From Candidatus Poseidoniales archaeon (lineage in GTDB: Archaea; Thermoplasmatota; Poseidoniia; Poseidoniales; Poseidoniaceae), in assembly GCA_009887195.1 (NCBI GenBank), contig QXXX01000073.1:68000-113616 (forward strand): 45,617 nt of DNA, given 5' to 3'. A program made the position numbers and the translations under genes. This document shows positions 26,805 to 36,074 of the stretch, piece after piece. Position 1 is the first letter of the stretch. Each line of letters opens with the position of its first letter. The notes under the pieces are model-generated. The model did no database searches, was not told the DNA's origin, and saw nothing but the letters and a program-made list of their open reading frames with translations.

Positions 26805-29129
26805 TTGGACGAGCGAAAAGAGCAACAACTCAAGAAAGAAGCACTTGATTATCACGAGGCAAAGCCGCATGGGAAGATCAAGGTTGTACCGACAAAACCG
26901 CATTCCACTGCCCATGAATTAAGCCTGGCATATTCGCCTGGAGTTGCGTATCCTTGTTTGGAGATTGCTGAAAAACCAGAATCTGCTTACAAGTATACTT
27001 CAAAGGCCAATTTAGTTGCAGTTATCTCTAACGGGACTGCTGTGTTAGGCTTGGGCAATATCGGTCCCTTGGCTAGTAAACCAGTTATGGAAGGTAAAGG
27101 ATTACTGCTCAAAACGTTTGCAGATATTGATGTATTTGACATTGAAGTTGACACTGAAGATCCCGAATCATTCATCGAAACCGTGGTAAACATATCCAAA
27201 ACATTTGGTGGAATCAACTTAGAAGACATCAAAGCACCTGAGTGCTTTGAAATTGAACGACGCATAGCCGCTGAGACAGATATCCCGGTCATGCATGATG
27301 ATCAACACGGAACGGCAATAATTTCTGGTGCTGCATTGATAAATGCAGCAGAATTACAAAATAAAAAATTATCAGATATCACGGTTGTTGTACTTGGCGC
27401 TGGCGCATCAGCCATAGCATGTGCGAACCATTATGTTGCGTTAGGTGTGAATAGAAAAAATATCAAAATGGTAGATAGTAAAGGAATTCTAACCAAGCAG
27501 CGCCTCTCTGCAGGCGAGTTAAATCAATACAAAGCTGATTTCGCTCACGATATACCGGACGGCGACCTTGCGGCAGCATTAACCGGGGCAGACGTCCTGC
27601 TAGGATTATCTAAAGGCGGGTTAGTAAACAAAGAAATGGTCGCTAATATGGCGGCAAAGCCAATTATTTTCGCTCTTGCCAACCCAACTCCAGAAATAAC
27701 CCCAGAGGAAGTAATGGAGGTACGATCAGATGCGATAATTGCTACTGGGCGATCAGATTATCCAAATCAAGTCAACAATGTTTTGGGATTCCCTTACATT
27801 TTCAGAGGAGCCTTAGATGTACGCGCCACAGACATCACGCAAAACATGAAGATGGCAGCCACAAAAGCCCTAGCCGAATTGGCGAGACAACCAGTTCCAG
27901 ATTATATCTCTGAGGCATATGATGGAGCAACAATGCAATTTGGCCCGGAGTACATTATTCCAAAACCGTTTGATCGCCGAGTTCTAATCTGGGAAGCATC
28001 AGCAGTAGCCCAAGCAGCAGTTGATGAAGGAATTACTCAGATTGGTAAAGACGAGTTCTCCATAATACAGTATCGTGAAGAATTAGAAAGTCGTCTTGGG
28101 CTATCTTACTCGATTATGCGCCATATGATAAATCAAGTTAGAGGCCGAGGCAAACGAATTGTATTTCCCGAAGGCGACAATGAAAAAGTGCTAAAAGCAT
28201 CAGCACAGTTAACGGAGCAGAGAATTTGTCATCCAATTTTATTGGGTTCAAAAGAACGGATAGATTCTATGGTTGAGGAACTTGGGCTAGAATTTGAATA
28301 TGAAGTATTTGACCCTCGATATGATGATCGAAGAAAAAACCTCTATGCCCCTGCTTTGTTCAAACGGCGTATGCGTAAGGGTATGACTTTGGAGGATGCG
28401 GAAAGGCTGCTCAAGAGCCGACCTTATTTTGCTAGCCAAATGGTTGCTTCAGGTGATGCTGATGGGTTTGTCGGTGGAGTGAGTCGAAATTATGCAGATG
28501 TATTGAGGCCAACAATCGAAGTGATTGGTTCAGATTCTTCTGCTCATTGTGTTATTGGCTGCTATATGGTTAACGTTAACGGCAGAACAATATTTCTCGC
28601 TGATGCAACAGTCAATGTATATCCCGATAGTCCAACCTTGGCTGAAATTGCGATACAAACAGCAAAGATTGCTCGAAGATTTGGTATCAAACCCAAGGTT
28701 GCAATGTTATCATTTTCTAATTTTGGCAGTACTAGAGCCCAACGCTCAACAAGGATAGAAGAGGCTGTGGTAATGGCTAAAGAAATCGACCCAACGCTGA
28801 TTATTGATGGACCAATGCAGGCTGATACGGCCTTGAATAGAAGTGTTCAGGAAGATTATCCATTCATGGATTTTGAAGGGCCGGCAAATGTCTTGGTTTT
28901 GCCAAATCTTGCTGCAGCTAATATTGCTTACAAATTACTTGAGGAACTTGGTGGTGCTGAAATGACAGGACCAATTTTGGAAGGAATGGACAAACCAGTT
29001 CAGTTAGTCGCCCGTACAGATGGTGTCAGGCACATCGTCAATATGGCAACCATTTGTGCTGCAGACGCAATTAGGCAGGACTCTTATTGGGAAACCTTAG
29101 CAGCATCAGAAAACAATAATCAAGATTGA
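26805..29129 (+). CDS. maeB: NADP-dependent malic enzyme with phosphotransacetylase-like domain
   Basis: ALDYH, LSLAYSPGVA, NGTAVLGLGNIG, KPVMEGK, INLEDIKAPECF, HDDQHGT, GAGAS, TGRSDYPNQVNN. PTA domain RIVFPEG, LSFSNFGS, DGPMQAD. Start probably TTG 26805; ORF track gives 26679. Confidence 0.95.
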   Translation: MDERKEQQLKKEALDYHEAKPHGKIKVVPTKPHSTAHELSLAYSPGVAYPCLEIAEKPESAYKYTSKANLVAVISNGTAVLGLGNIGPLASKPVMEGKGLLLKTFADIDVFDIEVDTEDPESFIETVVNISKTFGGINLEDIKAPECFEIERRIAAETDIPVMHDDQHGTAIISGAALINAAELQNKKLSDITVVVLGAGASAIACANHYVALGVNRKNIKMVDSKGILTKQRLSAGELNQYKADFAHDIPDGDLAAALTGADVLLGLSKGGLVNKEMVANMAAKPIIFALANPTPEITPEEVMEVRSDAIIATGRSDYPNQVNNVLGFPYIFRGALDVRATDITQNMKMAATKALAELARQPVPDYISEAYDGATMQFGPEYIIPKPFDRRVLIWEASAVAQAAVDEGITQIGKDEFSIIQYREELESRLGLSYSIMRHMINQVRGRGKRIVFPEGDNEKVLKASAQLTEQRICHPILLGSKERIDSMVEELGLEFEYEVFDPRYDDRRKNLYAPALFKRRMRKGMTLEDAERLLKSRPYFASQMVASGDADGFVGGVSRNYADVLRPTIEVIGSDSSAHCVIGCYMVNVNGRTIFLADATVNVYPDSPTLAEIAIQTAKIARRFGIKPKVAMLSFSNFGSTRAQRSTRIEEAVVMAKEIDPTLIIDGPMQADTALNRSVQEDYPFMDFEGPANVLVLPNLAAANIAYKLLEELGGAEMTGPILEGMDKPVQLVARTDGVRHIVNMATICAADAIRQDSYWETLAASENNNQD

Positions 29130-29968
29130 TGTTGCTCTCCATCTTCATACATAATGATTGGTCGTCTTGGTCGCCAAAAAGCACCTGTGACAAATCCTGC
29201 ACATAACCCACCAAACAGTAAATTCACCCAGCCAGAATAGACATAATCCCCCATTCCTCTAAGCCAGGGTATGGCAAATGAAGGAACAACACCGAGTAAG
29301 ACTGTCCAAATTAGTTCAGATTTTATGTTGCCCGACAAATCAGCCTTTCTAGGAACAGTAACCGGCCTGCCTTCTCTTATTGGAGTCAGTACTAGTCTGA
29401 GGGATAAACCCTGATTTTCTCGATCCATAGGGGCGCTTGATAGCGCAATTATCTCCTTATTTGAGGGGTGGATTTCCATGGTCGCAGTATGCCATTGCAT
29501 TGGGCCATGCCCTTCAAAACCTCGAGGGCGCCCATCCATCATAGCACCGCGGTAATTACCCGTAACGGCATCTGCTAAGATTTCCTTGGCTTTACAACTA
29601 ATATCAATCGCGTTTTGTTCTCTAGCATGCATCCATTCTCCTTGGGTTGGGCAACGTACTTCCCAATTGGTAAAATCGCCAGTTAATGTCTCAAGACTTT
29701 CCCGTAGTGAATCATTTACCAGCGCAATAATAACTGACAACCTTTCAGAATTCCAGACAGTTTCATCACCCAATGCTATTTTGCTATCTAAAATGCTGGA
29801 CAATTGTTGATTACTTAACGGATTTTTCATGATGTAAAATTCTGGGCATCTGACTTCATGACAAGGCCGTTGGCCCGCATATATCCATCCGCCCTTTGAC
29901 TCTCCGACAAAAACCGACCCTGCACTGACTTTTGAAAATTTAAGTCCGGCTATTTCCAAAGATGACAT
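29120..29968 (-). CDS. Divergent FGE-sulfatase (SUMF1)-like domain protein with two C-terminal TM helices
   Basis: G.VFVG, P.HEV...FYIMKNPLSNQQ, RCPTQGEW and LSLRLV resemble the FGE-sulfatase motifs (RLPTEAEWE, GFR.V). Start placed at ATG 29968; ORF track gives 30010. Confidence 0.6.
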   Translation of the reverse strand: MSSLEIAGLKFSKVSAGSVFVGESKGGWIYAGQRPCHEVRCPEFYIMKNPLSNQQLSSILDSKIALGDETVWNSERLSVIIALVNDSLRESLETLTGDFTNWEVRCPTQGEWMHAREQNAIDISCKAKEILADAVTGNYRGAMMDGRPRGFEGHGPMQWHTATMEIHPSNKEIIALSSAPMDRENQGLSLRLVLTPIREGRPVTVPRKADLSGNIKSELIWTVLLGVVPSFAIPWLRGMGDYVYSGWVNLLFGGLCAGFVTGAFWRPRRPIIMYEDGEQHQS

Positions 29969-29976
29969 GTGAATCC

Positions 29977-30666
29977 CTAGTTTAGTAAATCGTTCATTCG
30001 ATTGTACCAAGCGATCCCGTTTTGGTGATCCTCTAGCATGGCGAATTGTGGGAAAGGAGATATCGATCGCATGTAGCCGAATACAGAAAAATCTACCATG
30101 CTTGGCCCATCACCGCCAAAGAAATCTTTTCCTTGATGCTCATCGGTAAACTCAGTAAGTAAATCATGCCATAGTTGCTTAGGCTTTCGCCCGTCCTTTT
30201 TGACGCGCTTTTTGGCAATTATTCCCCACATTATTGGAAAGCCTGCCCAAGCGTATAGGCGCTTGGAAATGAAACCAAATTCTTCTAACTTTGAGATCCT
30301 TGTTGTGGTTTTGAATGCTGAACCTAATGTGCCATACAAAATTGGGACAGTGGCCTTAGACATTTTTTGATCTGACCAATCAAGCCATTTTGATGTACGT
30401 TCCTGGGTTGATACATTTAGTAGTTTATTTTCATTATAGTGTTGATCAATGAATTTCATAATCGGCGTAGAATCAACATGATGAGTGCCTGTTTCATCGG
30501 TAAATACGGGTACTTTACCCCATCCATCAGTAAACGATACCGCTTTTTTTATTTTCAATCCATTAACCGCGATGAGATCTACATCTAGTTGTAAATATTC
30601 GATAAGGCCCCTCACTTTCCAGCAAAATGGGCAAGTATGCAACATGTGCAGTGTTGCTTTTGACAT
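29977..30666 (-). CDS. Glutathione S-transferase/glutaredoxin family protein, prostaglandin E synthase 2-like
   Basis: TCPFCWKVR, KVPV, DSTPI, FFGGDGPSMVDFSVFGYMR, WYNRM. Confidence 0.85.
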   Translation of the reverse strand: MSKATLHMLHTCPFCWKVRGLIEYLQLDVDLIAVNGLKIKKAVSFTDGWGKVPVFTDETGTHHVDSTPIMKFIDQHYNENKLLNVSTQERTSKWLDWSDQKMSKATVPILYGTLGSAFKTTTRISKLEEFGFISKRLYAWAGFPIMWGIIAKKRVKKDGRKPKQLWHDLLTEFTDEHQGKDFFGGDGPSMVDFSVFGYMRSISPFPQFAMLEDHQNGIAWYNRMNDLLN

Positions 30667-30691
30667 ATCCTAGCCTGTAACGGGACACTAT

Positions 30692-31027
30692 TCAATCCTT
30701 GTCTGCGGTATCAGGTACAGGTTTCCAACCAGTTTTCCAAAATTCAAGGTCATCTAACCATCTAAGCCATTCTTGATCTGTGCTTGATAAAAGCCTAAAC
30801 GCTCGGCTCTCTAGCGCTTCTTTGTTAATGTTAGATAGAGAACCGTTATCAAAACATTCTTGCCACTCGACTTGCATTTGTCGAATTCTTCGCTTTGCCT
30901 CTTCTGGGTTATCGAAATTACGTTCACACATATCTCTAAGCTCGAGTAACCAAGTCCTACCGTCTTTCATTATTGGCTCAATCACTCTACGAGCCGACTT
31001 AGGTTTTGAAAACGGCCACCAGCCCAT
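30692..31027 (-). CDS. Hypothetical protein
   Basis: 111 aa ORF with Trp-rich ends, first gene of a tight minus-strand run, AGGGG upstream. Confidence 0.7.
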   Translation of the reverse strand: MGWWPFSKPKSARRVIEPIMKDGRTWLLELRDMCERNFDNPEEAKRRIRQMQVEWQECFDNGSLSNINKEALESRAFRLLSSTDQEWLRWLDDLEFWKTGWKPVPDTADKD

Positions 31028-31129
31028 GTTAGCCCCTATTGGTCGTAGTTATTGAATATGGTTCAAAGTATGAAATATTCTTATTGTCAACCTATACAAT
31101 TCAAGTGAATGGGTTAGGTGAGGGAATTA

Positions 31130-31558
31130 ATGGGCCGCATAACACTTCATCTCCACGGCCAAGCCAAAGAGCGTTCTTACCGTGACATGTTAGAAATCTA
31201 CTCACAACGATTAAGCCTTAAAAATATCAAAATAACCGCCCACTCAGCAAAAAAACCCGTACAACAATATTACGAGGAGATCAACAAAAACGCAATTTTA
31301 TTCATCTTAGATGAAGATGGAGAACAATATACTTCCCGACAATTTGCAGAGTTGGTAAAAGGATGGTCTATTGCTTCAGAGGACATTAATTTGGCAATTG
31401 GGCCAGTAGATGGATGGCAGCAAATTAACCACGCCCCCAAGCAAGTAATTTCGCTTGCTAAAATGACCATGCCGCACGAACTTGCAGCAGTTGTTTTAGC
31501 CGAGCAAGTTTACCGTGCAACAGAAATTATCAAGGGGACAAAATACCACCGTGATTGA
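31130..31558 (+). CDS. rlmH: 23S rRNA (pseudouridine1915-N3)-methyltransferase RlmH (SPOUT)
   Basis: LDEDGEQYTSRQFA, AIGPVDG, SLAKMTMPHEL, EQVYRA..I..GTKYHR. ATG 31130 follows AGGTGAGG; ORF track gives 31118. Confidence 0.9.
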   Translation: MGRITLHLHGQAKERSYRDMLEIYSQRLSLKNIKITAHSAKKPVQQYYEEINKNAILFILDEDGEQYTSRQFAELVKGWSIASEDINLAIGPVDGWQQINHAPKQVISLAKMTMPHELAAVVLAEQVYRATEIIKGTKYHRD

Positions 31559-31603
31559 GCAAATACTCAAAGCGGAGGGGTATATGCATTGGATTGAGAG
31601 GCC

Positions 31604-32350
31604 ATGATACTAGAAGATTCTACAGTAGTTTGGTTGTTACTTGGATTTGAATTAGGGATTTCCATAATTTTAATTCTCGGATCTAAAAGCCAACCTTTTC
31701 CGACTCCTGCTAGAAGATTTGGATTGGTTATATTGATGGTTAGCAGTTTGCTATTGTTAGGTCAATCAGCACCAAACCCAACTAGCCTAGAAGCTCATTT
31801 AGCAATTCTTTCTGTGTTTGGAGCGTTTGGACTGGTAAGCGGAATAAATTTGATGCTGAGGACTAGACGTGAAGTACTGGTTGCTCCAATGTCAGGTTTC
31901 ATGTTCTGTGTAGGAGTCACAGGCTTGATTACTCAAACCTGGGATGAACTAAACAAATTTGAACACTGGGCCGGCTTTTTGGCGCTTGTAGTATTAGCTG
32001 GAGGGCAAACTTGGTTGGTGTTCAGAGGCTTGCTAATCGGCAGATTACCATTAGCTTGGAGCCAAGCAGGGATGGTCGCTTTACACAAGGGCCAATTGCG
32101 CGGACCTCACGGTGCAATAGAATGTTTTGAGAAGGCGTGGGACGCCGAAGAAGAACATCTAAACCCAATGGCTTATTCTGCTCTTAGTAAAATATTCCAA
32201 GCGTTAGAGGAGACAGATATAGCAGCCCATTGGAACGAATTATTCCTTGAATCAGGTGGCAATGATTCAGTGGCTGAAGAATGGTTGACCGCAATAGATG
32301 ATTGCTTGAATAATATGGGGTTTGTAGTAGCCCATGATGAAAGCGAATAA
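31604..32350 (+). CDS. Hypothetical membrane protein (about 5 TM) with TPR-like soluble C-terminus
   Basis: Hydrophobic N-terminal two-thirds; AWSQAG...AIECFEKAW...MAYSALSKIF helical pattern. GAGAGG SD upstream. Confidence 0.75.
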   Translation: MILEDSTVVWLLLGFELGISIILILGSKSQPFPTPARRFGLVILMVSSLLLLGQSAPNPTSLEAHLAILSVFGAFGLVSGINLMLRTRREVLVAPMSGFMFCVGVTGLITQTWDELNKFEHWAGFLALVVLAGGQTWLVFRGLLIGRLPLAWSQAGMVALHKGQLRGPHGAIECFEKAWDAEEEHLNPMAYSALSKIFQALEETDIAAHWNELFLESGGNDSVAEEWLTAIDDCLNNMGFVVAHDESE

Positions 32351-32438
32351 TGCCGCTTTAAGTAACTTTTAATGCTTATTACGCCGAAAGGCAGCATTTT
32401 AGCGATTGTTTTATGTATTTAAACGTCGATATATAACC

Positions 32439-32744
32439 ATGAGAAACAACAATACGCGGAACAGTATCAAACAAACCTCACCGTTACTGGTGGCAATTTT
32501 AGGAATTTGGTTTGTGGCAAACCTGACCTCCCAACTTGTCTTCATATCAATTCACGGTAGCCCGTATGATGGCCTTGCGATGCTAATGTCATTGGGACCA
32601 ATATATATTGCGATTTTAATTGCCGAAGCAATACTTTGGGTTTGGGTGCTATTTTACGTTGCATACAAAACCTACAATCACATAATATCAACCAACTCAT
32701 CTGGTATTACTGGCAATGGACAAATGGTTACTAAATCAACATAA
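32439..32744 (+). CDS. Small two-TM membrane protein
   Basis: Two hydrophobic helices. ATG 32439 lies downstream of an AT-rich TTTAAA element; ORF track gives 32406. Confidence 0.6.
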   Translation: MRNNNTRNSIKQTSPLLVAILGIWFVANLTSQLVFISIHGSPYDGLAMLMSLGPIYIAILIAEAILWVWVLFYVAYKTYNHIISTNSSGITGNGQMVTKST

Positions 32745-33281
32745 ATGAGTCAATATTATCGATGTATTCAAGACCCTTCTCGTCAAAAGCCGTTTGTGTC
32801 TGATACTTCTGAAGCACCAATATATTCTGGTAGGCCTATGGCTGTCACGGATTTGATTAACCATGATACAGCAATCGACGAAATTCCCAGTGGAGCAAAA
32901 ATAGTAACCATTGAAGAAGCAAGAAAGGGATTGAAAGAAGCCGCTAGATGTTTGGCAGAACTTCAATCAATTAGTGATATATCAGGAGATTTAACCGAGG
33001 AATTAGATATCATTTTGGAAAGCTATGATTCAAAACATGACCATGTTACGGAGATCGCCGACTACCTAGCTACAATGATACAATCGTGGCATAGCGTGGT
33101 TAAACGACTGGAATCTACTGGCGCTCGAATGGCTTGCTTAGAACTTGGCAGACTTGAATGGTACGGCGTTGTCGACGAGAAAGTGGTGCAATATTCTTGG
33201 TGCAGTGGTGAAGAAGACATAGAGTGGTATCATGAGTTAAACTCAAGTTTTCTGTCCCGCAAACCACTCATAGAAGCATAA
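32745..33281 (+). CDS. DUF2203 family protein
   Basis: TIEEAR, coiled region, then YSWCSGEEDIEWYH...FLSRKPL typical of DUF2203. True start may be ATG 32838. Confidence 0.75.
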   Translation: MSQYYRCIQDPSRQKPFVSDTSEAPIYSGRPMAVTDLINHDTAIDEIPSGAKIVTIEEARKGLKEAARCLAELQSISDISGDLTEELDIILESYDSKHDHVTEIADYLATMIQSWHSVVKRLESTGARMACLELGRLEWYGVVDEKVVQYSWCSGEEDIEWYHELNSSFLSRKPLIEA

Positions 33282-33307
33282 CCTCGGATGGTTAGGTCGG
33301 GTGTGTT

Positions 33308-34006
33308 ATGGTTCGAATTAATCGTGTTTATACTGGGACTGGAGATGATGGCTCCTCTGCATTTGTAGATGGCTCGAGGCACCGCAAATCTCACCTAAGG
33401 TTTGTCGCGGTTGGTACCTGTGACGAATTAAACTCAATCGTTGGCTTGATCAGAAGAGAGTGTAAAGTCTTACCAAGCCATGCAGACGGGGGTTCGAGTG
33501 CGACTATTGGCCGAATTCAGAATATTGCAGAGTCTGCACTAGATCGCATACAAAATGAATTATTTGATTTGGGTGCTGAATTGGCTTGTGAACCTGATAA
33601 ATTGCCTGAATATATGCAGTTAATCGATTCGAATCAATGCGACAGCCTAACTGGAGAAATGGATGCTTGGCTAGAACAACTTGACCCATTAACCAGTTTT
33701 ATTTTACCAACAGGAGCAGGACCTGAACCCATAATTCATTTGGCTAGGACCGTAACTAGGCGTTTGGAGAGGGGCTTAATTGCGATTGAAGATGAGGAAG
33801 GTACAGAATCGGTAAGAAAGGTCGCTAAGGTCTATGTTAATCGTCTTTCAGACTGGTTTTTTGTGTTCGCTAGATGGGTTACTAAAAATATGGGTGAACA
33901 GGAGACCCTTTGGACGCCTCTAGGAAAACGTGGAGAGTCCTCTAATGTCGCCAATATGATTAGAAAGATTGGTTCAAACGACGCTGATTATGATAATTTA
34001 GACTAA
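33308..34006 (+). CDS. pduO: PduO-type cob(I)alamin adenosyltransferase
   Basis: RVYTGTGDDG, GTCDELNS, IQNELFDLGAEL, FILPTG, HLARTVTRRLER, YVNRLSDWFF. Confidence 0.92.
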   Translation: MVRINRVYTGTGDDGSSAFVDGSRHRKSHLRFVAVGTCDELNSIVGLIRRECKVLPSHADGGSSATIGRIQNIAESALDRIQNELFDLGAELACEPDKLPEYMQLIDSNQCDSLTGEMDAWLEQLDPLTSFILPTGAGPEPIIHLARTVTRRLERGLIAIEDEEGTESVRKVAKVYVNRLSDWFFVFARWVTKNMGEQETLWTPLGKRGESSNVANMIRKIGSNDADYDNLD

Positions 34007-34408
34007 GCCGATACGGTCAGCAAATGACTTGGCCTTGGTAAGAGTCCCTTTTGTCTCATCATGAGTTGCCATTTCAATTGCCAAATCCCAATCAAGCCAC
34101 ATGTAGCGGTGGTGTTCTTTAGACAATTTTACTGTTATTCTTTCAGTGGTGGCTAAAAACCAAAAAACCTGTTTTTCGGTTAATCTGCCCTTTTGCTTGA
34201 AACTATAAGTTGTCTTTTCTTCAAAGCCGTCAATAAATTCTATTGCCGAAATACCAGTTTCTTCAATTAACTCTCTTGCTGCAGTAGCCTTTTTGTCACT
34301 ATCAAAGTCTTCTACGTGCCCCTTTGGTAGATCCCAATGCCCTTGTGGATATTGTAGCAATAACACCGCCCCAAAATTCACTAGGACTACACCACAAGAG
34401 GTTTCCAT
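33998..34408 (-). CDS. Nudix hydrolase, bis(5'-nucleosyl)-tetraphosphatase (Ap4A hydrolase)-like
   Basis: SCG, HWDLPKGHVE, ATAARELIEETGI Nudix box, KQVFWFLA, LSKEH. Confidence 0.85.
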   Translation of the reverse strand: METSCGVVLVNFGAVLLLQYPQGHWDLPKGHVEDFDSDKKATAARELIEETGISAIEFIDGFEEKTTYSFKQKGRLTEKQVFWFLATTERITVKLSKEHHRYMWLDWDLAIEMATHDETKGTLTKAKSFADRIGLV

Positions 34409-34490
34409 ACTAAGCCCAGCACGTAGTTAGTCATGTTATTTACGCAAGTTACTGCGAAAATACTTCAATCTAGTTGTTCGAGTTCCGCAT

Positions 34491-35486
34491 ATGGGTGCGA
34501 AAGAGATTCCTCTGTTCACAAAAATTGTGGCAGACTCTGATTTTGATGGGTTAATTGGCGCAGCCATTCTAAAAGCTTACAATTCCACGGCAAAAGTGAG
34601 GTTTTCCCATGCAGCATTGGTAAGGAACGGCAATATGGATACAGAAATCGACGCCTCTACAGTAATTGTTGATTTACCATTTCATCAAAACTGTGGATGG
34701 TATTTAGACCACCATCAAACCAATAAACCGACTAAGCAAGAGTCCTTAGAATTTGAAAAAAAAGGTGGAGTTACTGATTGGCAGGCGACACCATCAGCAG
34801 CAAGATTGGTGTATGATCTGATTAATACTCACTGTGATTTAAGTAATTTTGTCGACGTAATGCCGTTTGTTGATGCACTTGATTCGGGAGGCATAACCAT
34901 CGAACAGTTTCGTGAAGACGGTGAGTTAATGCGCTTCAGTCGAACGCTAAAAGTCACTGAAAGTGACTACATGAAGCAAATTGTTAACCAACTATCTCAA
35001 GGTAAAACCATCTCTGAAATTTTGCAATTACCAGAAGTTAAATCACGATTGTCAGTACAACAACAACAAAGATCTGCAATAGAGAAGGTAGTTGAGTCTA
35101 ACACTGTGATAATTGACCGTCTTGCAATATGTCATTTACAAGATACAGGTCATTTCTCTAATGGCTACTTAGTGACTGCATGGGCTGGTGACAGGGCAGA
35201 TGCTTGTTGCATAATCCATGGGTACTCTGATGGCAATATCAACGATGCCAACAGGCCACCATTGTCAGCAAGTTTCTACGCTAATTCGTTTATCAAAGGA
35301 GGCCAAGGTAGGTATGACCTTTCTCGCCTCGCCACTAAATTTGACCCAAGTGGCGGAGGACACATGAATGCTTGTGGTTGTCGAATTCAGGACCCTGGGC
35401 TTGATGACAATTTAGCAAATTGGCTTGAAATGTGGGGCGACAGGGATGCCGTATTAGCTGTTAATCACAACACTGCAAATATGTAG
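34491..35486 (+). CDS. DHH-family phosphoesterase
   Basis: DSDFDG, VDLP, LDHH, PSAARL, DALDS, and DHHA1-type GGGHMNACG. Confidence 0.85.
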   Translation: MGAKEIPLFTKIVADSDFDGLIGAAILKAYNSTAKVRFSHAALVRNGNMDTEIDASTVIVDLPFHQNCGWYLDHHQTNKPTKQESLEFEKKGGVTDWQATPSAARLVYDLINTHCDLSNFVDVMPFVDALDSGGITIEQFREDGELMRFSRTLKVTESDYMKQIVNQLSQGKTISEILQLPEVKSRLSVQQQQRSAIEKVVESNTVIIDRLAICHLQDTGHFSNGYLVTAWAGDRADACCIIHGYSDGNINDANRPPLSASFYANSFIKGGQGRYDLSRLATKFDPSGGGHMNACGCRIQDPGLDDNLANWLEMWGDRDAVLAVNHNTANM

Positions 35487-35944
35487 AGGAAACCCAAAAA
35501 AGCATGAATGAAGATTAATGCCATAATAAAATCTGCAGCCCTTCCATGTTTTAATTTCTCATTGGCAAACTTTTCGCCAGCTAATCGCTTGCGCTTGACA
35601 GTTTTTCCTAAATTTGTCATAATTAGTAATAGTGCGAGGCCAAGAGGGCCAATAGTTCCATGAAGACTTGTTGGCCAAATTTCTGCAAATATGTCGCCAC
35701 TAGATCGCCATCCTGCGACCATACGTCCGATAAAAGCGACCAACACAACAGCAAATCCTGCCCATAAAATAAATTGGCCATTTTTTTCATGCTTTTCTAG
35801 AGCATCTTTTCGTATCTCTCCCTTCATCCCTTTACTTGCCTTGCGCCATGAGTACTGTCGCCAAATCCAGAAAATTAGCGCGCAGGCTAACACAGGATGG
35901 GCCAATAATGCAATGGCTCGAACGAAATCCATGGTCTCAATCAA
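35465..35944 (-). CDS. DUF4079-like four-TM membrane protein
   Basis: HP in TM1, then KHEKNG, SLHG and KHG...IH: His-bearing helices typical of DUF4079/cytochrome b561-like folds. Start may be ATG 35932. Confidence 0.65.
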   Translation of the reverse strand: MIETMDFVRAIALLAHPVLACALIFWIWRQYSWRKASKGMKGEIRKDALEKHEKNGQFILWAGFAVVLVAFIGRMVAGWRSSGDIFAEIWPTSLHGTIGPLGLALLLIMTNLGKTVKRKRLAGEKFANEKLKHGRAADFIMALIFIHAFLGFLYIFAVL

Positions 35945-36074
35945 ACTCCGCTAGAGCCTCTTCATTCATGAACACTAGTGATGAAAAACATATTCCAGAT
36001 AGATTTAGTGATAATTGTTGCCGGTTAATTGAATAGCGACTTAACTAGCCGTCAATATGTAGGGGGTGTATAGC

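Noticed and set aside
32351-33307. Cobalamin riboswitch upstream of pduO
   Set aside because: The intergenic gaps are too short and I saw no B12-box-like sequence.
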